Positions 9,807 to 21,203 of a DNA stretch of 64,000 bases are shown in pieces (position 1 is the first letter of the stretch; the number at the start of each line of letters is the position of its first letter). The notes under the pieces were generated by a model. The model saw nothing but the letters and a program-made list of their open reading frames with translations. It was not told the origin of the DNA and did no database searches. The stretch spans positions 3,264,001-3,328,000 of the forward strand of contig OY843751.1 of the NCBI GenBank assembly GCA_963693055.1. Reading direction: 5' to 3'. The position numbers and the translations under genes were made by a program. The DNA comes from a bacterium. Its GTDB lineage: Bacteria > Zhuqueibacterota > Zhuqueibacteria > Residuimicrobiales > Krinioviventaceae.

Positions 9807-11063
9807 ATGAAACGGTATACACGCAGAGATTTTCAAAAAAAAGCAATTCTGTCAGCAGGCGCGGCGTTTTTCATGAATTCACTCAGAGGATTTGCAGCCG
9901 ATAGCAATAAAATTGTGGATATGCGCTCTTTTCTTGAATCGATTCTCTACACACAGGATGAAGTAAAACAATGGCTGGCTGGTAAAGCGTTCCCCTTTGC
10001 AAAATATCACAGTGAATTCGGCTGGCTGCTGAACAATGACCGCTATACGGACGGTATTGACGGGGCAGAATGCATTTATACCTATGCGGGCACCGATGGT
10101 GAACGGATCATGATCCAATACAATGATAAACCCTGCCGCATTAACACTTATGGTAACAGCTTTACCCAGTGCCACCAGGTAAGCGATGGCGAAACCTGGC
10201 AGGAAGTGCTGGCCGCGCATTTCCAGGAGCCGGTACGTAATTTTGGTATTGGCGGATGGTCGGTTTATCAGGCCTATTTGCGCATGCTAAAAGAGGAAAA
10301 ACGCACACCTTCAGAATATATCATTTTCAATATATACGATGATGACCACCGCCGCAATCTCGATTCCTGGCGCAACATCAGACGACGCAAACATCCCCGG
10401 TTCATAGAGCCTACACTGCCCTTTGTAACCGTAGACCTGAAATCCGGACAGATCACCGAGCACGCCAACCCCTGTCCTACTCCTGAATCGGTTTACGATC
10501 TATGCGATTTGGATAAAACCTATGCAATATTCCAAAACGATTTTGTAGCCAAGATCATGATTGCACACCTCAATTCGAAACAGGAAAATCCCAACAAGAC
10601 CTATAAAGAAATAACCGATCTGGCAACTACGCATGGTATCAATACCTCGATTGAGGACAATGGCACCCTGGCGACAGTTGCGGAAGAACTGCACCAGAAA
10701 GCGGCGCTTACTGCATCCATGCGGATTGTGGAAAAGGCCGAAGCGTTTGCCAGACAGAATAATAAAAAGATCCTTTGGGTGCTGTCGTTCCCTCCGGGAT
10801 CAGTGGCAAAATACCTGACCGAGGGCAAACGCTGGGACCAGCCTTTTGTGGATTACATGAAATCGAAAAATCTGCCCATGATTGACCTGATGGACGCGCA
10901 TGAACAGGATTATAAACAGTTCAACATCAGCGTAAAGGATTACCTCGCGCGGTATTATATCGGCCATTACAATCCTACCGGCAACATGTTTTGCGCATTC
11001 TCGCTCAAAGACAAACTTGTGGATATGCTTGAGCCCAAACCGCTGCCGTATAAGATGAAATAG
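9807..11063 (+). CDS. Tat-exported SGNH/GDSL hydrolase-like protein
   Basis: TRRDF twin-arginine signal; YGNSFT, NFGIGG and GHYNPTGN blocks resemble the SGNH fold; SD GAGG upstream. Confidence 0.65.
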   Translation: MKRYTRRDFQKKAILSAGAAFFMNSLRGFAADSNKIVDMRSFLESILYTQDEVKQWLAGKAFPFAKYHSEFGWLLNNDRYTDGIDGAECIYTYAGTDGERIMIQYNDKPCRINTYGNSFTQCHQVSDGETWQEVLAAHFQEPVRNFGIGGWSVYQAYLRMLKEEKRTPSEYIIFNIYDDDHRRNLDSWRNIRRRKHPRFIEPTLPFVTVDLKSGQITEHANPCPTPESVYDLCDLDKTYAIFQNDFVAKIMIAHLNSKQENPNKTYKEITDLATTHGINTSIEDNGTLATVAEELHQKAALTASMRIVEKAEAFARQNNKKILWVLSFPPGSVAKYLTEGKRWDQPFVDYMKSKNLPMIDLMDAHEQDYKQFNISVKDYLARYYIGHYNPTGNMFCAFSLKDKLVDMLEPKPLPYKMK

Positions 11064-11197
11064 TAGTAAGCATTTAAAAGGATAGTATAAATTTGAATTT
11101 TGGCTAATATACATACTGCCAACTTTAAGTTTTTCTAAAATCACAACCAGGATAATTATTCTTGTCAATTTTTTAACATGCTTAATGGAGTTAGTTT

Positions 11198-13735
11198 ATG
11201 AAACCAATGAGAAGAATTATTTCAGCCTTGTTAATTTTGTCTAGTGTGTTAATTATCTTGGAAAAAGCAGAAGCACAAAGCAATATCAAAGTTGGTCCTC
11301 AACCCGACGGGAGTATTTTGGTCCCGACTAATCAATTGCTACGCCCTGCCGGATTTCAGGTAACATTTCCGGGAAGACCTGTTGATATTGCACTGATTCC
11401 AGGGAAGAACCTACTCGCAGTAAAAAACAGAAAATCTCTCGATATCATTCGTATAAAAGATCGGACCATTCTACAATCCTTGAATTATAAAAAAAGCGGG
11501 AGTTCATTTACTGGCTTGTGCGTCTCTACAAATGGCAAAAAAGTATTTGTTACCGAGGCAGAAGATCAAATTCTCATTGCTGAATTGGATAAAGATCTAG
11601 TATTACGATGGGAGAACGCAATCAAATTACCATCTCCCCCTATCGGTGGAAACCCTGTTCCCGGAGGCCTGGTACTAGATGAAGAACAAGACAAAATTTA
11701 TGTTACGCTGAGTCGAAACAATACCCTGGGAGTAGTTGATCTGGCAGACACAACAGTGAAAGAAATTCCGGTGGGTATTGCTCCCTACGAGGTTGTTCTT
11801 GGCTCTGATTCAAAGGCTTATGTGAGCAACTGGGGCGGTCGGGTACCACATGAGGGGGAATCCACCTATAACACATCCGGCAGCCAGGTACTGGTCGATC
11901 CTGAAACCGGTATCGCAAATAATGGTTCTGTATCCGTTATTGATTTAACAAAAAATGTTCAGACAAAAAGTATTGATGTAGGATTGCATCCAAGCGGGAT
12001 GGCATTGAACCCGGATAAAACACGGCTATTTGTGGCCTGCGCGAATAGTGATATTATTTCTGTAATCGATACCCATACAGACAAAGTTATTGAAGAAATC
12101 TCTGTACACATGCAAAAGGATCTGCCTTTCGGCAGTGCTCCTAACGCATTAACAGTTTCTCCTGATGGGAAATATCTTTATATAGCAAACGGAACAGACA
12201 ATGCAATTTGTATAGTGGAAATTGGTACACCTAGTAAAATCACGGGATTCATTCCAACAGGCTGGTACCCCGCTTCTGTAATTCTGGATAAAGAATCAAA
12301 TTTTTTATATGTAGCAAATGTTAAAGGAATCGGCTCGAGAAATCAACGTACGGACAGAGGCGGATTTAATTCCCATGATCACATGGGTAGCGTTTCTATT
12401 ATACCCATACCAGATGAAAAAAAATTATCCGAAATGACCGAAACTGTACATGAGAACAATACTTTTGTTCAAAATCTGGTGGCAGTCAAGTCAGATAATA
12501 AATTAAAAAGCAAAGTACCGGTTCCACAGATACCAACCCAGGTCTCACATTTCAAACATGTTGTATATATCATTAAAGAAAATCGAACCTATGACCAGGT
12601 ATTTGGTGATATGCCACAGGGCAATGGCGATATCAATCTTGTACATTTCGGACGAGATGTAACTCCGAATCATCATAAATTAGCAGAAACCTTTGTTTTG
12701 CTGGATAATTTTTATTGCAGTGGTATTCTAAGTGCAGACGGTCATCAATGGACTGACGAAGCCTATGTAACGGATTATCTTGAAAAGTTTTTCGGGGATT
12801 TTACCCGCAGTTATCCATATGATGGTGATGATGCCCTGGCTTATGCAAGCTCTGGTTTTATATGGGACAATGTTCTTAGCCATGGATTGACATTTCGGGA
12901 TTATGGTGAATTTATGGATACAATAGTGAAACCTAAAGACGCAACCTTTGCAGATATTTATCAGGATTACATGGCTGGGACCGGCAAAATAAAAATCCAT
13001 GCCAAAGCCAATCTTGAACAACTTGAACCGTATATGTGCCCCACATTTATAGGATTCACCAACAATATACCCGATGTGTACCGGGCGGATGAATTCATCA
13101 AAGAATTTAAAACTTTTGAAAAGAACAACAATTTCCCCAATTTCATTATTATGTTATTACCCAATGATCATACATCCGGAACACGGCCCGGACGACCTAC
13201 ACCACGCGCTGCCGTAGCAGATAATGATCTGGCACTTGGACGAATCATTGATGCGATATCCCATAGTAAATTCTGGAACGAAACCTGTATTATGGTAACC
13301 GAAGATGATCCGCAGGCTGGCCTGGACCACGTGGACGGACACCGCACAGTAGGACTGGTGATAAGTCCCTACACAAAACGCGGTGAGGTCATTTCGACCT
13401 ATTACTCTCAAATCAATATGGTCCGCACAATGGAAAATATTCTCGGCATTCCTCCCATGAACCAGTTTGATTTGGCCGCCGAGCCCATGACAGACTGCTT
13501 TACCAACACACCGGATTTCACACCCTATACAGTCATGCCAAGCAACATAAAGCTCGGCGAATTGAATCCGCCTCTGGAAACGTTGAACGGAGATGCACTC
13601 TATTGGGCCCAAAAATCGCTTGAACAGGATCTGGATGAGGTTGATCAGATCGATGAAGATACTTTTAACCGAATCATCTGGCATTCAGTTAAAGGTTATG
13701 ATGTTCAATATCCCGTACTAACACAAAAATACTAG
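11198..13735 (+). CDS. YVTN/YncE beta-propeller fused to phosphoesterase (alkaline phosphatase superfamily) domain
   Basis: Signal peptide; VGIAPY/VGLHPS/TGWYP propeller blades; IIKENRTYDQVFGD, SADGHQW, LPNDHT and EDDPQAGLDHVDGHRT. Confidence 0.9.
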   Translation: MKPMRRIISALLILSSVLIILEKAEAQSNIKVGPQPDGSILVPTNQLLRPAGFQVTFPGRPVDIALIPGKNLLAVKNRKSLDIIRIKDRTILQSLNYKKSGSSFTGLCVSTNGKKVFVTEAEDQILIAELDKDLVLRWENAIKLPSPPIGGNPVPGGLVLDEEQDKIYVTLSRNNTLGVVDLADTTVKEIPVGIAPYEVVLGSDSKAYVSNWGGRVPHEGESTYNTSGSQVLVDPETGIANNGSVSVIDLTKNVQTKSIDVGLHPSGMALNPDKTRLFVACANSDIISVIDTHTDKVIEEISVHMQKDLPFGSAPNALTVSPDGKYLYIANGTDNAICIVEIGTPSKITGFIPTGWYPASVILDKESNFLYVANVKGIGSRNQRTDRGGFNSHDHMGSVSIIPIPDEKKLSEMTETVHENNTFVQNLVAVKSDNKLKSKVPVPQIPTQVSHFKHVVYIIKENRTYDQVFGDMPQGNGDINLVHFGRDVTPNHHKLAETFVLLDNFYCSGILSADGHQWTDEAYVTDYLEKFFGDFTRSYPYDGDDALAYASSGFIWDNVLSHGLTFRDYGEFMDTIVKPKDATFADIYQDYMAGTGKIKIHAKANLEQLEPYMCPTFIGFTNNIPDVYRADEFIKEFKTFEKNNNFPNFIIMLLPNDHTSGTRPGRPTPRAAVADNDLALGRIIDAISHSKFWNETCIMVTEDDPQAGLDHVDGHRTVGLVISPYTKRGEVISTYYSQINMVRTMENILGIPPMNQFDLAAEPMTDCFTNTPDFTPYTVMPSNIKLGELNPPLETLNGDALYWAQKSLEQDLDEVDQIDEDTFNRIIWHSVKGYDVQYPVLTQKY

Positions 13736-14157
13736 GTACTTTATAATTAGTAAGCAGTATGAAACAGTCAAAAACCCGCAGGATGCGGTTGCTGATCGTG
13801 AATATTATCTACACTCTTAACTTATTGTATGGCTTTTTTATATATAGTATTTGGCTATTATTAAAGGGAAAAAATAGAAATTCAACTCAGATATAAAACC
13901 GTTTACTGATTTTATATAGATCATATAAAAAGAAGGTATATATTTCATTAAAAAAAAACAATTCGTTAAAATTCTACAAAAACACTTGACAATTTACTGT
14001 ATATTTACTATCTATAATTAACACTGTTTTCAAATATGGGGATATCGGGATAGAAAACAGAAATCTCGAACTATTTTACAATTAAAAGGGTAAATTAAAA
14101 AAAGAATTCAAGCATCAAAAGAGTATTTGCCAGTATGGAGAATTCTTTTAACAATTA

Positions 14158-14916
14158 TTGATGAGGTATATCATGTTTACTTTTGTTAAAAGATTTTGTT
14201 TACAATGCTTTGTAATCATTTTTCATTTCACTTTATGTTTTGCTACATCAAATTCAATTAATTTAGGTACATCTGAAGAAACAGTCTTGTCACAATTGGG
14301 TGAACCAACCAGAACTTCATTTTTATTATCCAAAAATCAAAAGCTATTATATTACAATATTTCTTCAATTACTTTAGACAAAAACGGAAAAGTAATAGCT
14401 TGGTCTAATTTTAACAATCTACCTCTTTTTACAGGGATAAAAGATCCAAACTTTAACAGTCTTGAAATTGGTTATGATAAATCAAGGGTATCAAAGTCAT
14501 TAGGTACACCCACAAGAATTTATTTACTTGGTAACAATGAGGAGAAATGGTGTTATGGACAATCGATAGTATTTTTTAAAAATAATCAAGTATACAATTG
14601 GGAAGATAAAAGTGAAATTGCAAACACATTCGCGCAAAACAGTAAACTGCAAAACAAAACTGACACAATACAAAACATAACTACCCCAATCGTAAAAAAT
14701 TCAACAAATTATAATCCCACTAAACCATTAACAACCTCAACACAAACTTCATCTATATCTAGTGAATCATCTTTTAGTCCCAATGTTGCTGAAAACGGAT
14801 CTTATTATGGAGAAAAAAGCAAAATTACAGGCAGGCCTAAAACTGTCAAAGTTAAAGGGTATTATCGTAAAGATGGAACATATGTAAGAGGACATTATAG
14901 AAGTAAACCACGATAA
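14158..14916 (+). CDS. Exported hypothetical protein with two BamE/SmpA-like repeats and C-terminal GYYRKDGTYV motif
   Basis: LGTSEETVLSQLGEPT and IGYDKSRVSKSLGTPT repeats, Ser/Thr linker, VKGYYRKDGTYVRGHYRS tail; very AT-rich. Start could be 14161 or 14173. Confidence 0.7.
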   Translation: MMRYIMFTFVKRFCLQCFVIIFHFTLCFATSNSINLGTSEETVLSQLGEPTRTSFLLSKNQKLLYYNISSITLDKNGKVIAWSNFNNLPLFTGIKDPNFNSLEIGYDKSRVSKSLGTPTRIYLLGNNEEKWCYGQSIVFFKNNQVYNWEDKSEIANTFAQNSKLQNKTDTIQNITTPIVKNSTNYNPTKPLTTSTQTSSISSESSFSPNVAENGSYYGEKSKITGRPKTVKVKGYYRKDGTYVRGHYRSKPR

Positions 14917-15180
14917 ATTCAAATTGCAAAAGCCAGCGAAATATTGTTACCAATAATTAATTGATTTTACCGTTCTGACAATTGGTGCCAAAACCTGAAA
15001 TTCGTACATCCCCAATCATTAAAAACATTACTTATAGCAGTAACTTGCAGTAATATCAAGCCTATTAACTGGTTTTAGCCAGTTTGATCTTGACAATGGC
15101 GTAAATTTTCACCTTTATATTATATAGACTCGTACAATATTTTTTTGAATTCAAAAAGCAGAGAAAATAAACACTTTTAA

Positions 15181-17425
<2,245 letters not shown>

Positions 17426-17445
17426 GCATAAATAGTATTCTTTTC

Positions 17446-17483
17446 AAAGCCGTTGGAATTGTGTCTTTCAACGGCTTTTTTTT
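17446..17483 (+). terminator. Rho-independent terminator of katG
   Basis: AAAGCCGTTG...CAACGGCTTT stem followed by a T-run. Confidence 0.85.
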
Positions 17484-17527
17484 ATTGAAAGAAAATTATT
17501 TCTCCATCTCTTTAATTAGCCTTGTTA

Positions 17528-18157
17528 TTACAATTCCATCCCAAATAGTAATTCAATTCGTGTTAATTTCCAGGGCTCTCTCATATCTTCTTTTGGCAAA
17601 AAGCTATTATCATTGATTCCTTTCAAGAACCTTAAATCCAATCTGTAATTATTGTGAAAAATATCAAATTGTTTTCCTAACCCTACACAGAAGAAATTAT
17701 CATTCTTTCGCATTTGGGATGTAATATTTCCTTTCGCTTTATATTCCGTCTCTGGAAAGAGACTAGCATATTCCATTCCTACAAGATTATAATTCGATTG
17801 TATACCCAATTGTAGATCGAGTTTCTGTATTAAATTCATTTTGAATAAAATGGGTAAAGAAAGATATTGTTTAGTATATGTACTTTGAACATACATTTCA
17901 TCGGTTGAATAATAAACATACTCATTACGAGAATAATTATATGCAAGCTCAAGGTTTAAGGACAAGCGTGATGTAATTTGTTTCTCACCAAACATACCCA
18001 TAATAAAACCTGGCAGATAATGATATTCTTTGGGTTCAAAATTTTTGTAATCCATTTTTTCAACATTCGTCCCTACTAAAATCCCATATTTTGGGAATGC
18101 AAAACTATTATTTGTAAATATGAAAATAATAATAAATAGAAATAGATACTTTTTCAA
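17528..18157 (-). CDS. Outer membrane beta-barrel protein (PorT/OMP_b-brl_2-like)
   Basis: Signal peptide from TTG 18157 (SD GGGGAG); YLSLPILFK, LDLRFLKGI and C-terminal amphipathic strand. Confidence 0.75.
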   Translation of the reverse strand: MKKYLFLFIIIFIFTNNSFAFPKYGILVGTNVEKMDYKNFEPKEYHYLPGFIMGMFGEKQITSRLSLNLELAYNYSRNEYVYYSTDEMYVQSTYTKQYLSLPILFKMNLIQKLDLQLGIQSNYNLVGMEYASLFPETEYKAKGNITSQMRKNDNFFCVGLGKQFDIFHNNYRLDLRFLKGINDNSFLPKEDMREPWKLTRIELLFGMEL

Positions 18158-18343
18158 AACAACTCCCCTTTCAATACTCAATTGCAATTATATAAATATT
18201 CGGTGGTCTTGGTATTTCCCCTATTAAAAATTTGCCCCTTTAGTAACATTAAAATAATGTTATCTATCCAAATTCATAAAAAAAATTAATATAATATTTT
18301 TGGTTGGGAATAGCAAAAAAATTTCAGGTTGTTTGTGCAGCAT

Positions 18344-18378
18344 AAAAATAAAACGCCGCGGGACATCACCCCCGCGGC
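18344..18378 (-). terminator. Terminator downstream of tRNA-Ala
   Basis: GCCGCGGG-N8-CCCGCGGC stem followed by GTTTTATTTTT on the minus strand. Confidence 0.8.
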
Positions 18379-18412
18379 ACTAACATAAAGGAGAACATCA
18401 TGAAATGGAACG

Positions 18413-18485
18413 TGGAGCTAGGGAGGATCGAACTCCCGACCTTTTGACTGCCAGTCAAACGCTCTCCCAGCTGAGCTATAGCCCC
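18413..18485 (-). tRNA. tRNA-Ala (anticodon GGC)
   Basis: GGGGCTATAGCTCAGCTGGGAGAGCG TTTGA-CTGGCAG-TCAAA AGGTCGGGAGTTCGATCCTCCC TAGCTCCA; G3-U70 pair; CCA not fully encoded. Confidence 0.97.
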
Positions 18486-18502
18486 AGAATTTCATGAGCA
18501 AT

Positions 18503-18531
18503 ATAATACTGAATTTTCTAAAAAATGTCAA
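18503..18531 (-). promoter_or_regulatory. Sigma70 promoter of tRNA-Ala
   Basis: TTGACA (18531-18526), 17 nt, TATTAT (18508-18503), 17 nt before the tRNA. Confidence 0.8.
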
Positions 18532-18653
18532 GGTTTTATTTTTACATTACTTTACATCGCATTGACTCATAAAAAAAGTAACCATGAGAAAATGGGAATA
18601 TAGACGTTGCCTCATAATTTATGTAACTATAGAGTTATTTGGAGACATAAATT

Positions 18654-19805
18654 ATGGGACCCAAATCAAAAAAAGAATATGCAGCCTCAATCAAAATGCG
18701 ATATCAAAAAGCAAGCAAAACAGAGAAACAAAAAATACTGGACGAGTTTTGTGCTGTATGCAAATACAATCGAAAATATGCTATTCGACTCCTCAATGCC
18801 AGGGAGCAATCAACAATCAATGTCACGTATAAAAAACGAGGGCGTAAAGTCAAATACTCTGATCCAGAAATCCTTAAAACACTAGTCTACTTGTGGAAAA
18901 AGACCAACCTTCCCTGTTCTAAAAATTTAAAAGCCATTATACCGATTTGGTTGCCTCATTATCCATTCCCTCTATCCGATAGTGTTAAAATCGATTTGTT
19001 ACAAATATCACCGGCAACCATTGATCGACTTATGAAGCCAAACCGTGCAAAATTTACCAAACAGGGACTGGCCACCACCAAACCAGGTTCAATCCTCAAA
19101 AAGCACATCCCTGTAAAAACCAATCAATGGGATGAGACAACGCCCGGTTATCTCGAAGCGGATACTGTTGCCCATTGCGGCACCTCAGTTGAAGGACAGT
19201 TTGTTTATACTGTCAACACTGTTGATATCGCAACCGGCTGGACCGAACAGCGCGCCATCTGGGGAAAAGGTGAGCGAGGCACATTGCAAGCAATTGATAA
19301 TATTGAGCATACCCTGCCATTTAAACTTCTCGGCTTTGATTGCGACAATGGCTCCGAATTCTTAAACTGGCATCTATACGGGCACTTTGTAAATAGAGAT
19401 AAACCAATCCGCTTTACAAGGTCCCGTGCTTACCAGAAAAATGACAATGCTCATATTGAAGAAAAAAACTGGACACATGTTCGGCAGTATTTAGGCTATG
19501 AGCGTTTTGATAAAATCGAGCTTGTTGATATGATGAACCAACTCTACACCACGGAATGGCGTTTGTATTTTAACTTTTTTATACCATCTGTTAAGCTGCT
19601 CGAAAAAAAACGCGTCGGATCAAAAATTATCAAAAAATATGACAAGCCCAAAACTCCTTACCAGCGGCTTGTTGAATCTGACTTTATTGATCAGAGTACC
19701 AAATCAAAATTAACCAAACAGTTTCACGCACTTGATCCATTCTTTTTGCAAAAAACTATGGTTGAAAAAATTAATCGTATTCAAAGAACAGCTTTACAAA
19801 AATAA
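18654..19805 (+). CDS. DDE integrase-core transposase
   Basis: EADTVAHCG, TVDIATGWT, DCDNGSEF and RSRAYQKNDNAHIEEKN; N-terminal HTH; uninterrupted. Confidence 0.92.
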   Translation: MGPKSKKEYAASIKMRYQKASKTEKQKILDEFCAVCKYNRKYAIRLLNAREQSTINVTYKKRGRKVKYSDPEILKTLVYLWKKTNLPCSKNLKAIIPIWLPHYPFPLSDSVKIDLLQISPATIDRLMKPNRAKFTKQGLATTKPGSILKKHIPVKTNQWDETTPGYLEADTVAHCGTSVEGQFVYTVNTVDIATGWTEQRAIWGKGERGTLQAIDNIEHTLPFKLLGFDCDNGSEFLNWHLYGHFVNRDKPIRFTRSRAYQKNDNAHIEEKNWTHVRQYLGYERFDKIELVDMMNQLYTTEWRLYFNFFIPSVKLLEKKRVGSKIIKKYDKPKTPYQRLVESDFIDQSTKSKLTKQFHALDPFFLQKTMVEKINRIQRTALQK

Positions 19806-19841
19806 TTTATATCGTTTGTTTTATTTTACATTCTTCATATT

Positions 19842-19967
19842 TTATGCAAGGTGGCCTTGGGCTACCCAATTAAAATGGTCTGTAGTTATTAGATATCTTC
19901 GCACTGACAGATAGAAACGGGCGGAGACGTTTTTGGAAGGACAGAGTCTTATGATAGTCTTGTTCAT
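19842..19967 (-). CDS. Possible 41-aa small protein inside the IS
   Basis: GAGAGGAAAAAGGAATA-ATG then MNKTIIRLCPSKNVSARFYLSVRRYLITTDHFNWVAQGHLA*; no recognisable family. Confidence 0.3.
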   Translation of the reverse strand: MNKTIIRLCPSKNVSARFYLSVRRYLITTDHFNWVAQGHLA

Positions 19968-20024
19968 TATTCCTTTTTCCTCTCTAATAACTACGGTTAC
20001 ATTTTATTATGAGGCAACTGGACA

Positions 20025-21203
20025 TTAACTCACTTTTAATTGGGATTTTGCAAACTGCAATGCATCGTTTATCTTTGCAGAATCCGGTCCGCCGCCTTGA
20101 ACAAAATCTGCCGGACCTCCCCCCTTGCCGTTGATCATGGCAATGGATTCACGAAAAACCGAACGCAGATCCAGATCTTTTCGGCTGGTAGCAAACACAA
20201 GAGCAGGATTCTCACCTGTTGTTCCCAACAACAGCGTACCCTGAGCTTGTTTGATCACTGCACTGGCTATGCGTCTTAAAACATCAATCCTGACATCCGG
20301 GTAAATATAATCCACTATTGATTGATCATTCAACTTGGCACATAATTCTTGAATAACCGATTCTTCTTTTTCTTTGTCAATCTGCTGAATGCGTTTGAAA
20401 TAGAGTTTGTTCTCGTCTGCAATTTTTTCAATCTTGGCAGGTATATCTGCAAATCCGGTTGTTAACAGCTTGCCGCTTTCAGATAGAATGGTATGATATT
20501 CCTGAAACAGTCGTACTGTCCTGCCGCCGGCTGCAAAAGTAAAACGAAAGGTCCCTCTCACACGCTCTTTGTTCAAAATTTTAATCACACCTACTTCACC
20601 GGTTGATTTTACATGGGTGCCACCGCATGGGTCCAGATCAAAATCCTCAATCTCCACCAGGCGAACATTTTCATGGATGCCGGGGATCTTGCGTAAACCC
20701 GGATTTTCTAAATCCTTTTCAGTGGCAATAAACGCTTTAACAGATCGATTTTGCCAAATGATCTGATTGGCCAACAATTCAACGGCATTAAACTGATCAT
20801 CAGTAATGTCTTGTGCATCGGTTTCGATTGTAGAAAAATCCTCACCCAAATGCGAAGCAAGCGTCTCTACACCCAACTGGTGTTTAAAACTACCGGCAAG
20901 TATGTGGAAGCCCGTGTGCTGCTGCATAAATTCAAATCGTCGTGACCAATCTATCACTCCTGAAACAGTGCCCTCGGACTTTCCCGAGTCCAGAATATGC
21001 CAGATAGTATCATCCTCTATAATTACATCAGAAACTGTCAATTCACCCAATCTACCGGTATCATGCATCTGCCCACCGGAAGTGGGATAAAACAGGGTTT
21101 TGTCCAGTTGTATCGCGCTTTTCCCCTCAATCTCTTTAACATCCAAAACCTGTGCTTGAAATTCTGTTTGATAGCTGTCATGATAATAAAGTTTTTCAGT
21201 CAC
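20025..21203 (-). CDS. alaX: Alanyl-tRNA editing protein (AlaX-like) with C-terminal DHHA1 domain
   Basis: TEKLYYHDSY start at GTG 21203 (SD AAGGA); FYPTSGGQMHDTG, zinc ligands QQHTGFH and PCGGTH, and GKGGG. Confidence 0.88.
   Translation of the reverse strand: MTEKLYYHDSYQTEFQAQVLDVKEIEGKSAIQLDKTLFYPTSGGQMHDTGRLGELTVSDVIIEDDTIWHILDSGKSEGTVSGVIDWSRRFEFMQQHTGFHILAGSFKHQLGVETLASHLGEDFSTIETDAQDITDDQFNAVELLANQIIWQNRSVKAFIATEKDLENPGLRKIPGIHENVRLVEIEDFDLDPCGGTHVKSTGEVGVIKILNKERVRGTFRFTFAAGGRTVRLFQEYHTILSESGKLLTTGFADIPAKIEKIADENKLYFKRIQQIDKEKEESVIQELCAKLNDQSIVDYIYPDVRIDVLRRIASAVIKQAQGTLLLGTTGENPALVFATSRKDLDLRSVFRESIAMINGKGGGPADFVQGGGPDSAKINDALQFAKSQLKVS

Larger units (their letters stand above)
18606..20018 (+). 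mobile_element. Insertion sequence (about 1413 bp; DDE rve-type transposase, ISNCY-like, family not assigned)
   Basis: Left end GTTGCCTCATAATTTATGTAACTATAG versus right-end reverse complement GTTGCCTCATAATAAAATGTAACCGTAG; flanks TAGAC/TGGAC (imperfect 5-bp duplication). Confidence 0.88.

Noticed and set aside
13986-14018. TTGACA and TATAAT upstream of the 14158 ORF
   Set aside because: 21-nt spacer is too long for a canonical sigma70 promoter, so it was not called.
18400-18447. Plus-strand ORF with perfect SD (MKWNVELGRIELPTF)
   Set aside because: Only 15 codons and antisense to the tRNA; treated instead as a possible anti-SD RNA trailer.
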